Below, piece by piece: positions 63,129 through 64,000 of a stretch of DNA of 64,000 nt. The translations under genes were made by a program, and so were the position numbers. The first letter of the stretch is position 1. Each line of letters begins with the position of its first letter. The notes under the pieces are model-generated. The model was not told the DNA's origin and searched no databases. It worked only from the letters and a program-made list of their open reading frames with translations. The stretch comes from Podarcis vaucheri (taxonomy: Eukaryota): NCBI GenBank assembly GCA_965113315.1, contig OZ220368.1; one strand, written 5' to 3'.

Positions 63129-64000
63129 TTGTTGCAAAATGACTTGGTCTGTCTAGAGAGCCTTGTTTCAAAGTAAGATAGCAGAGTGCTAAATATCTCT
63201 ATAAAACACAGTTAAGAGTATTCAGTCAGCCCCAAGGGTATGCAGTTAAGATGAGTATGGTCATATTAAGAGTCCAAGAAATATTCTTTGTATGTTACAA
63301 TAGCTGTGGTTTAGGAAACACTTCCAAGCCATAATCTTTTACTACTATTTTCTTCTGTTTTATTATTTACCAGATATCACACTGCATATAGTAGTCGGCA
63401 AATGTCGGCTTTTTCAGGACTGCATCCAAATAATACTAGAGCAGCAGTTCTAAAAATAAGGCACATCAGCTTGTATTTTGTCTTGCTTTAAGCTCATGGG
63501 ACAATTTCCCAACAATTCTAAACACCATATGCACAGGAAATGCTCCCCTTACTATTCACAATATAGTAACATCAATTTATTTGTTGCGCTCTGTTCAGCA
63601 TGCAACTAGCGTGACAGTTTTGAGCCTGGCATTTGTGATGCAGGAAATAATAATGATTACTTCAATGGCAGGAGACAAGATTTGAAAGAGAACTTGAATC
63701 AGAATCTTGCTCAGCCTGGGATTTATGTGTATTATATTTTGGAGATTAAAAGCATGGAAGTGATCAAAAATGACTTTGCACATACATTTGCCGACAGCAA
63801 AACCACCTCAATGTCAGTTATTTCTTCAGATGCTTCTCATCCATTTTTAGTCTAAATTCCTGACCACCTACAAGACAGCAGAGGCTGGGAGGCTAGCAGC
63901 ACAATCCTAAACAGGTTTTCTCAGACCTAGGAATGGATGGACACATAAACATCTGAACCAGTTCTACATGGGGATGAGACTTTAGTCCCCCCATCCCATT

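Noticed and set aside
61533-64000. Cytoplasmic NFASC exons (RSLE microexon, FIGQY ankyrin-binding motif)
   Set aside because: Not found; they should lie beyond the window end.

Overview
Eukaryotic (vertebrate) genomic DNA, very probably from a lacertid lizard (Sauria SINE and Squam3-type SINE copies, squamate L1/L2 fragments and MITEs). The whole window lies inside one + strand gene, neurofascin (NFASC, L1-family cell adhesion molecule). I traced 22 GT-AG coding exons with continuous splice phases: Ig3-Ig6, a 36-nt Ig6/FN1 linker exon, FN1, FN2, the NF155-type FN3 pair with RGD, FN4, a 15-nt microexon, the NF186-type PAT/mucin exon, FN5 and the transmembrane exon. The N-terminal and cytoplasmic (FIGQY) exons lie outside the window. 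Most six-frame ORFs are intronic noise. I found no prokaryotic or otherwise novel multi-gene system. The best leads are splicing-related (reciprocal QKI elements, an excess of purine -3 acceptors, candidate cryptic exons, an exonic mucin VNTR) and a LINE 5' fragment with a UGA-CUA readthrough-type junction before its endonuclease. All coordinates were read by hand, and repeat family names come from recognition rather than a database search.
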